The notes under the pieces: model-generated
Told to the model about the DNA's origin: nothing
Databases searched by the model: none
What the model saw: the letters and a program-made list of their open reading frames with translations, nothing else
Source of the DNA: Vitrella brassicaformis CCMP3155
Taxonomy: Eukaryota > Protista > Chromerida
Direction of reading: 5' to 3'
DNA length: 64,000 bases
Assembly (NCBI GenBank): GCA_001179505.1
Contig: CDMY01000464.1
Location: 7,544-71,543, forward strand
Made by a program: the position numbers and the translations under genes
In this document: positions 1 to 12,438 of the stretch, piece by piece
Numbering within the stretch: the stretch's first letter is position 1
Layout: each line of letters begins with the position of its first letter

Positions 1-439
1 GCGACACACACGCCGGCTGCAGCGCATTCACATTCCATGGGCAAGACAGACGGTGTGTGCTGATGCGGGAGCCGCTCTCACGGCAATATGAACCGAACAA
101 AGGCAAGGTCTCGGGGTTCAAGCAGTGCGAGCACGACAGAGGTAAGCTGCCAACAGAGAGACACACCCGTCCACCATAGCACATGTATGCCTCTCTCTCT
201 CAGTGTTGGATTGTTTTGCGTTCGAGCGGCATTACGAGGTGCTGGGAGCACCTATGGCGTCCATCCTCGCCCCCTCCCCCACACAGTGTGCGGCTGCCTG
301 TGCGGCCCGGGGCAGGTGTCGGGCTGTGAGCTACGAGTGGGACACACAGCGGTGTGAGCTCCAGGCCGAGGGCCACCACCGTGTGTATCGTGGGCAGAGG
401 AGGGCCGTCATGGCCGCGATCAAGACATGCGACAAATAA
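1..439 (+). CDS. 3' end of a tandem PAN/apple-domain protein (microneme/adhesin-like); 5' part lies outside the window
   Basis: Exon 1-141 reads ..HAGCSAFTFHGQDRRCVLMREP..VSGFKQC. After a GTAAG..CAG intron (142-203), exon 204-439 reads DCF..PSPTQCAAACAARGRCRAVSYEWDTQRCEL..AAIKTCDK*. Both show PAN/apple Cys spacing. Confidence 0.8.
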
Positions 440-2123
440 GGAGGGGGAGGGAGAGAGTTTGCGCGATGTGCATATTAATTACTGGATTGGTGCCGAGGCA
501 TGTGCGTGTGGCGTGGCGTGACAGTTCTGCGCTTCGCTGTGGATGCACGTGAGTGTCTCGTTTGTCTGCACTTTTTGGCTTGGGTGGATTTTGCGCTAGT
601 TGTGATTTCTGTCGCGCAGACAGCAATGTAGGTAGGTAGGTAGGACACCACACGCGTACACACCCATACATACGAGTAGAAGTGAGTGGGGTTGCTGGCT
701 GGGCGTGGCGACGTTGTACATGGCGAGTGTGTGGCACTGTGTGCACGTCTGTATGGTGCGGATGTGTGACCAAAGCAGTAATTCTTCCGATGGCACCAAT
801 CGATTGGTTGGTCATTTACATGAGCTGTCTATGATCAGCGGTTCATGCGCAAGGCAAACGTAATCGGTGTCTCTTCCAACCACCCAACCATGGCATCCAT
901 CCACCCAACAGCCACCAACACCAAGCCCGTGCTACCTCTCCACCCATGCACATCCGTGTGCTCGTGTAATGTGATGTGATTGATGTGTTGGATCGTCCCT
1001 CACCCCACCCCTCCCAACCCCCCCTCTCTCTCTGTCTCGCTCTCTTGTCTCTGTGCAGCCCAGAACGTTGTCATGCTGGTTGGTCGTTGGGGCATACATG
1101 AGTGAGAGAGGACATAGAGAGGGAGAGAGGACGGCAAGGGGGAGGGGCAGAGAGGCGGGCGAAAGTGGTAGCTAGACAAAACTGCTGTGTGTGCTGTGGG
1201 TGTTGTGTGTGTTGGTGGGATTGGTGGCTTACAACGAGGCGTGCCGTTTTGGCTACCGAACGAGCAAACAAGCATGCGAGCGAGCGAATCCATCCATCCA
1301 TCCAGCAAAAATATCAGCGATGGTGTATGGGTGGAATGGGTGGGTGGGGTGTGGCGGGATAGGAAAGCAGCAAAGGCTGATCAGCATAGCTTAGATAGAT
1401 AGATGTATAGATGTACATATTTAGGTATACGTATGTCTTTACGTATGCAAGACAATAGGATAGGATAGGACGGGGCATAGGATAGGTAGGGATCAATCAT
1501 GACATGCACGACCTACCTGCACGTCCACACCACCGACAAATGCAATCAATGCAGACATCACTGCACGAAGCGGCCAGGCCATCATATCATCAGCAACCCA
1601 AATCAGTCGAATCAATCCACACGCAAGACGTTGACTGACAAGGCGGACAGCCAGGCGAAGAGAGTGGCGTTGGTTGGGTGGTGGGTGGGTCATCTCACTC
1701 ACTTAACGAACAGGCGGGCACAGGAGAGCCACGTCACGTATGCAGACGGACGGATCGGTGTGTGTGTTGGTTTGCACACATCCCTCTCTCTCTCTCTCTC
1801 TCTTCGGCCCTTTGTGTCATTTCTCTGCGTATGTGTGGGCGTGTGCCGATTGTGTTGTGTTGGGGTGTGTTGGGTGTCTGCAAGAGGTGGATAGGCGTCT
1901 CTGTGTGATCTGACTGACTTGTCCTATGAGCTATGAGCTATGGCTATCACCACACGCACGTCACGTACGCAAGCAGGCCATAAATATGAAATCACACCAG
2001 ACCACAATCCACGACATCCATCCATTCATCCATCCATCCATGTGTGAATGCAACGCCATGCAATCAATGGAGGTACGTCACCAAGCCAGTAGTATGTGTA
2101 TGTGTATGTGTATGTGTGGTTAC

Positions 2124-4312
2124 TCACATGACAGGTGCGGGTCCAGCGGCGCCCTCCGCGCCCTGCTGCTGGCCCGGCAGGCCATACGGCGCCATGGGTG
2201 CCCCGGGAGACGGCACGTACGGGCCGCCCAACGGGTACATGCCCTGCACCGCGCCCACCATCTGCGGCGGCACGGCAGGCACGCCGCCCATCGTCACGCC
2301 AGGGAGCGGGCCTGATGGCATGACCACGGGTGCGCCCCCTCCGGGCGGGATGACGGCCTGTGCTTGCGAGGGGTAGAAGAGGTGGCTGGGGCCGGTGGTG
2401 GCGAGCTCCCCGCGGACCGTGTAGCCCAGCTGCAGCTGCGGCACGTGGTGGTAGTACACCTGGCCGATCTCCCCCTGAGGACCCTGCACACAGTCATGAC
2501 AGACACAGACATTCATGGATGGAGGGAGGGAGGGAGGGAGGGTGTGTTTGGGTGCGGTGGGTTACCACGACGGAGGGGATCTGTGCGTAGTCTATGAAAT
2601 ATCTGAACTCGGCGGCCTTCATCTGCTGCTCGTACTGACTGCAATCAATATTGATCACACAACCACAACCACCACACACTTCTCTGTCTGCTGCGTGCCT
2701 GTCTGTGCTTGTGTTTGGTGTGTGGTGCGCTGCTGCGTACGTGTGAATGGGATCGGCTACGTCCACCTCCTTCTGCACCTTGACCTCATGCGGCACCGGC
2801 ACCTCCCTGACAAACCAGGCCATCCCAGCAAACACACACACACACACGTGTGCAGATTGATGGTCTCACTGTGAGTGTGCTGTGCTGTGCTGTTGTGTGT
2901 ACCTTTCGACGATTTTCTCGACAGGTTTGTCTCGGTAGACGTGTTTGGGCACCTCGATGGTCTTCTCCATCTCCTTGTACTGAGGCACCGGCACCTGACG
3001 CTCAGTGATGCTCACCTAACCAGCCCCCCACACACAGCGCACCAGAACACACAGAACACACAAAACACACAAAACACACATACACACGTGCATGGCTGGG
3101 TGCATCACGTAACACACCTTCCTCTCTCTCTCTCTCTCTCCTTCTCTCTCTGTGTGTGTGTGCTTGCTTACGGCGAGTTGGGGCACCTCGACCAGTTTTT
3201 CGACGGGGACCTGGCGTTCGACTCGGTAGGGCACGTCCACCTTCTTGGTCAGCACCTGCGTGTACACCTGAGGCACCTCGATGCGCTTCTCGTACGGAAC
3301 CTACACACCACACAACCACACACACACACAGACACACAGAAAGGCGAATATGGGTGTGTTGTGTTGGTGTCTGTAGGGTGTGATGTGTGGGTGCGGACGA
3401 TGGGTACCACACATACCATTTGCAGAGCGTAGTGTGGGACTTCGACGAGTTTGTGTTCGTAGACGGGCTTGGGGACGTGCACCTCGCGCTCCTCCACCAC
3501 GGGCTTGGGCACGTACACGACGTTCTCCTGCGTCACCTCCTCCACCTGCTCTATCAACTTCTCCTCATACTATACCACACCACCAACACACACACACACA
3601 CACATTTGTGGGTGCGTGCGTGTTGTGTGTGGGTGTGTGTTGGCGGGGTGCGGCTGGCCACCTCACCTTGTACTGGGGGACTTCGATGAGTCGTTCCTCG
3701 GTCATGTACTTGGGCACGTGCTTGACGCGCTCCTGCAGCTCGATCTTGGGCACGGGCACTACCTTCTCGTGGACAATCATGTGGCTCACGGGCTGCTCCT
3801 TGACCTGGTACGTCACCTGCGGCACCTCAACCTCCGTCACCACAGGCACCGGACGCAACACCTCACCAACAATACGTTGCTGAACCACACAACACACAAC
3901 ACAACACACAGCCACAGAGAGACCACAACACACACATCAGATGACGGTCTTTCGCCCTCCCCAGTGTCTTTCCTCTCTCTGGTTCCGCCCCCCCAGCGCC
4001 CCTCTCTCCCTCCCCTCTGCCCGAACTCATGCCCACCTGCACGATGCGGTCTCCCTCCTTGTAGCTCTGCCCCAGCTGGTGTGGAGTGGGTCTGAAGACC
4101 GAGCCCTCCTTCGCGGGCAGGCCACCAGGGTACCCAGGGGCACCAGGGGCACCAGGGGCGCCGAAAGGAGGGGCAGCACCGGGCGGCATGGCTCCAGGAG
4201 GGCCGGGCATGGCGCCAGGTGGGAAACCGTAGGGCACGGCACCGGGCGGCATGGCTCCGGGGTAGGGAGGCACACCAGGGGGCACACTGGGAGGGGGAGG
4301 ACCGCCGTACAT
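2124..4312 (-). CDS. Alveolin / inner membrane complex (IMC1-like, articulin) protein, multi-exon
   Basis: Several exons carry Val/Pro/Glu/Lys repeats (EKVVPVPKIELQERVKHVPK, ERQVPVEKLVEVPQ, EREVHVPKPVYEHKLVEVP), flanked by Pro/Gly-rich termini. Introns are GT-AG. Confidence 0.9.
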
Positions 4313-4428
4313 CGTCAATTAGCTATCACAAAGGGAAAACTCGTCAAACAGGCGACGGAACCGGGTTTTGCACAGGGTTCAGCGTTCGCCTAGGGTGCTC
4401 CCTGAAACCGCTGCTGCAGGATTCATCA

Positions 4429-6188
4429 ATGGGCGCTTGTCTCGCGGCCTCGCCACTTTCTGCTGGCGTCCATCCCCTGTCATCCCCGTCTGCTGCATTC
4501 TCGTGGCCGCCGCACCCTGCCCACTTGTCTACCAGAAGAAGGGTGGCGCGCCGGTCGAGGCTTTCAGCAGTGACGGTGGCAGATCTTCTCAACGACGTGC
4601 TCAGCCACAGGGAGAGGGAGCGGCTAGGTGCGGGTGCTGATGAAGGGCAACAAGACGTGGACAGAGAGCCGGGCCGTTTGCCTGCCTTGCCCGAAAGCTA
4701 TGAGTTCGGCGAGGTGGTTGACCGAGAGGCTTTGCTGCGGAGGAATGTTGATGACGGCATTGTGGCGGTGGTTAGCCATCGTGAGGCTGAGAGCATTGTG
4801 GATAGCTATCACTCGTTGGATGGGCCTTCAGAGGTGTCCGTCACCGTGGATCTGGGTCTGCGGGAGATGAGGCTGCTGCTGAGCGAGGAAGGCGTCGCGC
4901 TGCTGGACCACCCTGATCGCATCCTTGCGTCCTGGGAGGTACCCAGCAGCAGTTGGAAGGAAAAGCTTCCTACCTGTGCGTATGTGTGTGCATCCGCCCA
5001 TCCATTCGTTCAGGAGCTGGGTGACATTGTGGATAGGGGCCGGAAGGGGAGGGGCGGGTGCTACGAGCTTGTCGGCGACGGGGAGCACAAACCTCAGAGA
5101 GTGGCGAGCATCAGCGAGTCGACCGGGCGGCAGGCGGCGCTGATCCCGCCGCTCACCGACAATGGTACTTACTACCCAACTAACGAACACCGCACAGGAG
5201 ACCCAATGCATCACTCCTTATTCCTCGTTCACTGGCTGCAGGTGCTCCGACGATGCTCCTTGCCGGCTTTGCCATGCACCGAGTCGTCAGCGATTCATCG
5301 GCATCGCCAGCATCAAAGCGCCGGTCATCGCCTGCAGATGACCCCCTCGCCACAGCACGCGACCGCAAGCGGCGAAAAGACCGAGAGGACAGGCAGAAGC
5401 GACGGACGAGAGGCAGGACTCGCCCGAGTGACGATGGGTCGATGGAGCCGTGGAAGGACACAATGAGGAAGCTGGAGAGCCTGGGGCCTGGGGGCGTGAT
5501 GGGCCGAGTGCTAGACATCTGCACGGGGCTTGGCTACACAGCCATTGCCGCCAGCAGGGAGGAGGGGGCGCCTGCAGTGCTGACCATCGAGCTTGATGAA
5601 GTGTCCCTCGACATGTGCAGGTGTGAGAGGGACAGAGATTCACAAGGGAAAGGTGCGGATGGAATGCAATGCCTCTGTCGTGTGCTCAGGCGCAACCCCT
5701 GGTCCCGGGAGCTCCTGACGAGCGACAAAATCACCATGCTCAGAGGCGATGCCAGCGAACTCATCACCGAACTGCCCGACGGTACGACAATTGGCAGTGC
5801 TCTCATCTATCAATTGGTGCATTTCTGTCCCTTCCAACAGAGTCGTTTTCGGTGGTGATCCACGACCCACCTGCCCGCGCCCTCTGCAAGGAAGGCGATC
5901 TGTTCGGCGAGGTCTTCTACAGCGAGCTTTATCGCGTGCTGCGGCGGGGTGGGCGGCTGTTTCACTACCTGGGCAACCCTGACGGGAGGGAAGGGCCCTC
6001 CCTCTACAAGTGAGAATGTCGATCATATCATCCTGTGTGTGCATGGGTATCGGTCTGTCACAAGTGCTGTTGCTGTGTTGTTGTCCTGTTGATGTGTGTA
6101 CAGGGGTGTGATGGAGCGTCTGAGTCAGCAGGGGTTCTGGTCAATCAGAAAAGTGCCGAGAGCGTTCGGCTTAGTGGCCAGGAAGTGA
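4429..6188 (+). CDS. SAM-dependent methyltransferase resembling the uncharacterised archaeal COG2521 family, with N-terminal extension
   Basis: Spliced product contains VLDICTGLGYTAI, RRNPWSRELL, ESFSVVIHDPPARAL..GDLFGEVFYSELYRVLRRGGRLFHYLGNP and GVMERLSQQGF..RKVPRAFGLVARK*. This motif order matches COG2521 as recalled; no search was run. Confidence 0.82.
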
Positions 6189-6441
6189 CACGATGTGGGC
6201 GGGTGGGTGGATGACCAGAGGCTGTGTCGATGGCGAGTGAATGAGACTCTTACTACACGTCTGCGTGCATATGGATGGATTGACAAAAGGGGCGAGTGGA
6301 TGCCGCTCAGAGAGCCCACATACAATCACTTATGGAGACGCACGTGAGCGGGGCATCGATCACCCGTCCACACACAACACACGTCCACCCATAGCTATGC
6401 CGCGCAGATCTGTCCATCCATCAGTGACATGTGTATGTTCT

Positions 6442-7361
6442 TTAGCCAGCTCGCTTCAGAATGCGCAGGAACTCATCCTCGCTAACCATGCCGTCCTCGT
6501 CCTTGTCAGCCTCACGAATCATCTCGCGTAGCTGAACACACACACACAGATGCACCATGTACCCCTGCCTCTCTTCGGTGTCTCTTTGGCTCGCTCACGC
6601 TGACCTCTTCATCGGACATGGTCTCGCCCAGCTCCTGCGCCACCCTCTTCAGGTCCTCAAAGGCAATCTGACCCGAGGCACCCGCAAACAACCTGTACGC
6701 CTTCTGGACCTGCTCACGGCTGTCCTTCTCGCTCTGCGTGCACCACAACCGGCACGATACACACAGACAGACAGACAGACAGACAGAGAGAGATGGACAC
6801 CGGCCTCCCCGCCTGGCCTGGCTGTGTGTCACCCCTTACCATTTTCTGCGTCATGACAGCAAGGAAGCCGTTGAAGTCGAGCAGCTGCTGTGACTGGCCC
6901 TGCCCGCCTGCACCAGCAGGCGGCACTCCCGGGGCCGTCGCCCCGTGACCGCCCTTCTCGAGATCTCCAACGAGCTTCTTGAGCTCTTCTTTCCTGGGCT
7001 CGAACCCCAGTGCGCGGAGGGCAACTTTCAGCTCCTTGGCGTCAATGGTGCCTGATGCCAACATGCAAAAGGAGAGGCGGGGGGTGCATGGCATGCAGCG
7101 AAGAAGAAAGCAGTGTATGTGCGTGCAGTACAGTACCCGTGCCGTCGGTATCGAAAAGATCAAAGGCCTCCTTTATCTCTGCAGATACATACGCACGCAT
7201 GCCACCCTTCGGCTGTCCCATCCCGACCCTGCATGCCATGACGTCTCCCTTTTACCTGCTTTCTGCTCTTCCTTGAGGTCTATCCGAGCCTTGCCACGAA
7301 TCTTGCTCCTGCGCCCAGGACCACCCTGCGCAGCAGCCCCTGCCGCACCCGTAGTAGCCAT
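6442..7361 (-). CDS. Divergent centrin (caltractin family EF-hand protein)
   Basis: Spliced product: [56 protein letters not shown]|[35 protein letters not shown]|[29 protein letters not shown]. Confidence 0.92.
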
Positions 7362-7543
7362 CAGCAGCTGCCAAGCAAAGAAGCGCCTTCAAGTTTTCCA
7401 CCGGCAGTCTCCGATCGACATGGGGGCTGAGGGGGCCGTTTGCGCTTGCTGTAGTAGGAAGATCGGGGCCCCGCCATCGCGTCGTCCACAGACGAAACAT
7501 CCGAGGCTATTCTGCGACCTTTCACGCAAGCCCGCTGAACAGG

Positions 7544-10500
7544 ATGGAGGGTGACTTCGCAACGAGTGCAGCCAGCCCCGAAGTGGCGACCCTCCCCTTG
7601 GCGCCTCCGTTTGACCTCGACGATACCCCCGTTCCCCTCGACGAGCCCATACCCATCCTCCTCATCGAAGATGAACAGGAACAAGCCGAGCAAGAGGGAG
7701 CCCATTCTGCAAAGGCCGACGCCAAGACGAACGAGGCCCTGGCTCGTGCGGCCTCTGATGCGCTGCTCCACCGGCCCCTCACAGCTGCCGCCGCGGCGCA
7801 TGCTTCTGCTCTGGCCAACGTGCCATCCCGAAAGGGCACCTCTCATTCAGAGGAGCAGAGGAGCGACCGCCTGTCCAAGATCTCGTCTTCGGACTCCCGC
7901 GTGCCGTCCAAGGGAGGTCAGCGCAGGAACCGCAAGAGCCTCATCCTGCGTGTGACGCCGACCAACATTGCTGGTGCGATGAGTGCGTTCTTCGACGGGG
8001 GGTGCGTCAACTCGCCCACACTCGAGTATGCCAGGTCGACGAAGGCTGTGGGGCGGGATTTCCAGAAGCACCGCGTCAAGAGTGTCGACCCTTTCCTGTA
8101 CGACATCGCCGTGAGGATTCTGGACCAAGTCAAAGTGGGTGTGGTTGAAATTTGGGGAGGCGAAGAGGATAAATAGAGAAGACTGTCTGTGTATGACGTG
8201 TGTCTTGTGTGTCTTTGCCAGGGCACCTATGGCAACACGAGGGCGTATTTGTCCGCATTGTATGGCGAGGAGCAGGCCAAGCCTGAACAGATGCGGGAGC
8301 AGGTCATCCAGTACATCGCCGCCCTAGGTAACCGCATAGAGACAAAGACACACACACACCAGGTGACCTCCATCTCTCCCTGTTGTGTGCGTTAATCCAG
8401 CGTTGAAGACGAGGGTCAAGGTGGTGTTGGCCAAGAGTCTGCTGTCCGTCGCCAATATCTTCAAGGCGTCGCCAGAGGACCCTTTCATCCTCTACCTGCA
8501 GAACGCCCCCCTGGCCAAAGGGATGGTGCTGCCCGTGTGCGACCACGAGATCGGCACGCACCTGCTGCGAATGATGAACGAGGAGAGGCAGTGCTGGCAC
8601 CGAAATCGACACAAGTGAGTGTGAGTGGTAACACAGACAGATATCGAGGATTGAGGGCGGGAGTAGAGATGGCTGTGTGGTGGACTGATGTGCAGGTATG
8701 ACCTGAGGAACCATTTGACGACCGAGGAGGGCCTGGCGGCTCTCAACTCGCTACTGTCTCTGCCCATTCTGCTGCTCTGGTCGCCAGCACTGAGATACTA
8801 CGCCACAGCCAAGGTCACAGGGAGAGACACAATGAAGCCATGCATGGGAAGCTTCCGTATCCCTGTCTATGCTGTCCAAAGGCTACTGAGTTGGGTTTCG
8901 CTGAGTTGTTTCATGACCTTGAAAAGTACCTGGAGGATCCGCAGAAACGATTCCGATTGTGCATCAGGTGCCTGCCTTTCAGAGGACCTGATGGCAGGAC
9001 AAGAATACTTGCATCCTTTTTGTCTCACTCGTCAGAGTGAAGAGGGGCCTGATCGACACCGCACAGGCAGGATCATTCGACCTCGACCAGGTACAAACGC
9101 GGTGTGCTCGGAGATTGTGTCTCAGCTCACTGGCCGCGTATGTGTTCGTGTGTTTGTGTGTTTGTGTGTTTGTGTAGACGTACTTGAATGGTGCTGTGCA
9201 GTTGCTGATGCACCGCCATGAGATCGACTTCCCCCTCCTCTACTCGGGGCAGCTGGACCTCAACGACCTGCCCAGGGTAGGGCAATGGAGGCAAAGATGC
9301 GGGCGTGTAGTGCCCAAGAGGATGGCCTTTGTGTGTTGTGCTGCGTGTGTTAGGCCAAGCGGATGGCTCGTCGTGACTGTCTCAAGCTGCCATCCTTCCT
9401 GAAATCGCCCAAACAGGTGTGGTGCTGCTACCTTACCTTTCACACCAACATACAGAAAGACGTCTATGTCCTTGTGACTTCTGGTGGTTGGTGCAGGTGT
9501 GGACGTATCGCCGTTTTCTGGACAAGGTAGCTGAGGCCAACCACATCCCCGACCCCATGGCGCCACTGTTCAGACCGCCTCTGTTCAACGGCAGGGACTA
9601 TGCCACAGCAAACGGGGTACCTACCGTACACAAATCGATCAAATCAATACACTCCCGTCGTGTCTCATCGTCTCATCTATCTATTTGACTTGCTTGAACC
9701 CTTCCCTCATTCAGTCGACCTTGTTCAAGCTCCGCAAGCCGTCATCCACGGACCACATGGCAGCCTACTACCAGAGGGTCGCTCCCCGCCTGGTCGCCTC
9801 ATCCACCGTCTCCAACCTCACCGACCTCACACGGATCGCACGGGCCGCCACCAGCCCCCCAGGGGCGCACCACACCTACGTCATGTACCGTACCACCACA
9901 CCGGACACCAACGCCACAACCACCTGCAGCAACAATACTGGAGCTGCAGGCGTGATGGCCCCTCTGAAGCTGCCCAAATCGGCCACTGCTGCCAAGCACG
10001 CTGCTGCCGCGAGCAAGCCCGCGACCACCAGGCCACCGAAGGACGCGAAGCATGACAAGAGGAAGGAGGTAGACACGAGGATAAGGCGGTCCAACTCCAC
10101 TGCCGCAGTGATGGCCAGCCCGCTCAACAAAAGCACCACCAGACGGCGGCATCATGACGCAATGAATCAGAAGAGGAAGGAGGCTGCACCGGAGGGCGAG
10201 ACGGACAACGACAAGAAGGAGGAGGAGGCATCAGCGGAAGACAAGGCTGCCGAGAGGATCGTGTACGGCACTGCTGCTGAAGAGCCGCACAAACCTGACG
10301 CAGAGAAACCCATGGACGAGACACCGCAGCAGCGGCAGCAGCAGCAGCAGCAGGAGTTCACGGAACAGCCGACGAAGGACGATAGTAGAGCCGAGCTGGC
10401 AGAGACACAGGACAGAGCCAGCCCTACTGACAAAGTGAAGAGCCCCAGACCGCCCCCTCCTGCTGCTGCGTCCCCGCGCCACAGCCCACACCTCGGCAGG

Positions 10501-10947
10501 AAGAAAGTCAATCGTGGCGCTAGTGGCACCCATCCCCATCCCCACCCCCCCCCTCGCTCACCCAACCAACAACCAGCCAAACAGTTCGCCTCCCGGCTGA
10601 CCCGGCGGGCCACCACAGGCAGCCTCAACACCAAGACCACCAAAGTCAAAAGAAGAAAGAAGGCTGACGCGCCCAAGCGAAAGAGGAGCTCGGCCGATAA
10701 CAATGTGGGTGTGCACAAGGCCAAGAGAGTGGTGCGCAAGCGGAAGGGCACGGCAGACAGGCGGGGGAGGGACGGGGGAGAGGGAGAAGCGGAGGGGGAG
10801 GCGGATGACTTCGTGGGGGTTGATGAGGGTGAGGGTGAGGGCGAGGGTGAGAGTGTGTGTTCTGCGGTGTACACTGGCCCCGACGCTGCCTCGTGGCAGC
10901 TGCCGATGGACATGCCCCTGCCGCTGGCAAAGACCTCGGCAGAGTGA
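7544..10947 (+). CDS. DUF1704 / KIAA0895 (MATCAP-type tubulin tyrosine carboxypeptidase) zinc metallopeptidase with long disordered tails
   Basis: HEIGTHLLRMMNE (HExxxH) at about 8545-8580, followed by TTEEGLAALN, FAELFHDLEKYLEDPQKRFRLCIR and GAVQLLMHRHEIDFPLLYSGQL. The 9715-10947 exon joins in frame through a GTACC..TTCAG intron. Confidence 0.85.
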
Positions 10948-11239
10948 ATGAATGAATGGGTCTCGTGTGCTGTGCTGTTTTGCGTGGCTGTGCATGTGTG
11001 TGGTGTGATTGATTGAGGGAGAGGGCTCTGTGTGTGTTTGTATTGTATGTCTGCACAGCACAAAATAGATGGATTGAGTGACCGAGTGAGTCGACAGCCA
11101 GACAGACAGCCACCACGGTAACTGTACTGTACGTCTTCTAGACACACATAACATATGCACCGCACCAACGTACACACATACATATGATATGTACATAGAC
11201 ACATTCATTCATAGACACCACACATGGACATATCGCTAC

Positions 11240-12404
11240 TCAATCGTCATCACCCTCCTGCTGCTCCAGTGGAGCACCATTGTGTGTGCCCCCCTCCCTC
11301 TCAATGCCCTCGTCAATGGCCGTCAGCTTGGCGGGCGGCATGTGGTGCCGCCCCCACAGCGGCCCAGCATTCACCATGGCGTCTCCTGCCCCTCCGTGTG
11401 TGCTTATCGCCAAGAGGCCCATGGGCGCCGAGATGTGCATGTTGAAGTAGGACGAGTAGAAGCTGTTGAAGTCTATGCGGGTCAGCAGGTTCACCAGGTG
11501 GTGCTCGTACTTGCTACGGCTGATTGAACCAACAGGTAGGGAAGGAGAGGAAGGTGCAGTCAGTGCAAGAGGGAGCAGGGGGTGTGTGTAGGGTGTGGTG
11601 TGTGGGTTTGCGTACTTACCTGTGTGTGACGAGGTGTTGCAGGAAGTCTCTCAGGTGTTTGTCGAAGGTCTTCTCGAACTTCTGAACCATCCTGAGAGGG
11701 AGGAACAGACAAGGCCGGGCAAGCAACACAACACAATGATGATCCCATCTTGTTTGCCTGTGTGCTGTGTATGATAGACGTGCCTGAAGTATTTCTTCTC
11801 CGACATCATCTTGGAGAGGTTCTCACCCCGCAGCTGCATCCGGGCGGTCCGCCGCTCCCACGAGTTGCCGCCCAGCACACCATCCTCACCGGCCAGAGAC
11901 CCCTGACAGACAGACACACGCCACTCCACTTCACACGTGGCAATGATGGATGTGTGATGCACATGCTGCTACCTTGGGGCCGGTGTCGGATCCTCTGAAC
12001 TTGGTGCTGGCAGTGGAGTGGCAGTGCAGTCGATGCAGACGCACAGCGAGGGAGGACACATGCATGACATATATGGGTGGATTGTGTGTCCGCCCCTTGC
12101 AGTGCTTGCACCACCCACCTGAAGCGCCACAAGTTCTGTGCGAAGAGTGAACATGAGGTCAGGATCTTGGACAACGACTTGACCAACACTGACGCCTTCA
12201 GGTGATGACACACACAGAGATAAAGAACGAAGCAGACGTGCATGTGGTCAAGTCGGGGGTTGCCTCTGCTGCCTGCCTTCCTACATACCTCTGTGAGAAG
12301 CGATTCCTTGAGGCAGTTGTCCAGGAACCGTTCGTGTCGCTCCAGCACCTCGTCGAACGAACGCACAGTCTGAAGCTCACTCATGAACTGAGCGCGCGCG
12401 CGCG

Positions 12405-12438
<34 letters not shown>

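Noticed and set aside
420-2120. Many 60-150 aa ORFs here and across the window rich in CVCV/THTH/LSLS/MDGW
   Set aside because: They are translations of (TG)n, (CA)n, (CT)n and (ATCC)n microsatellites in introns and UTRs, with no protein-like composition.
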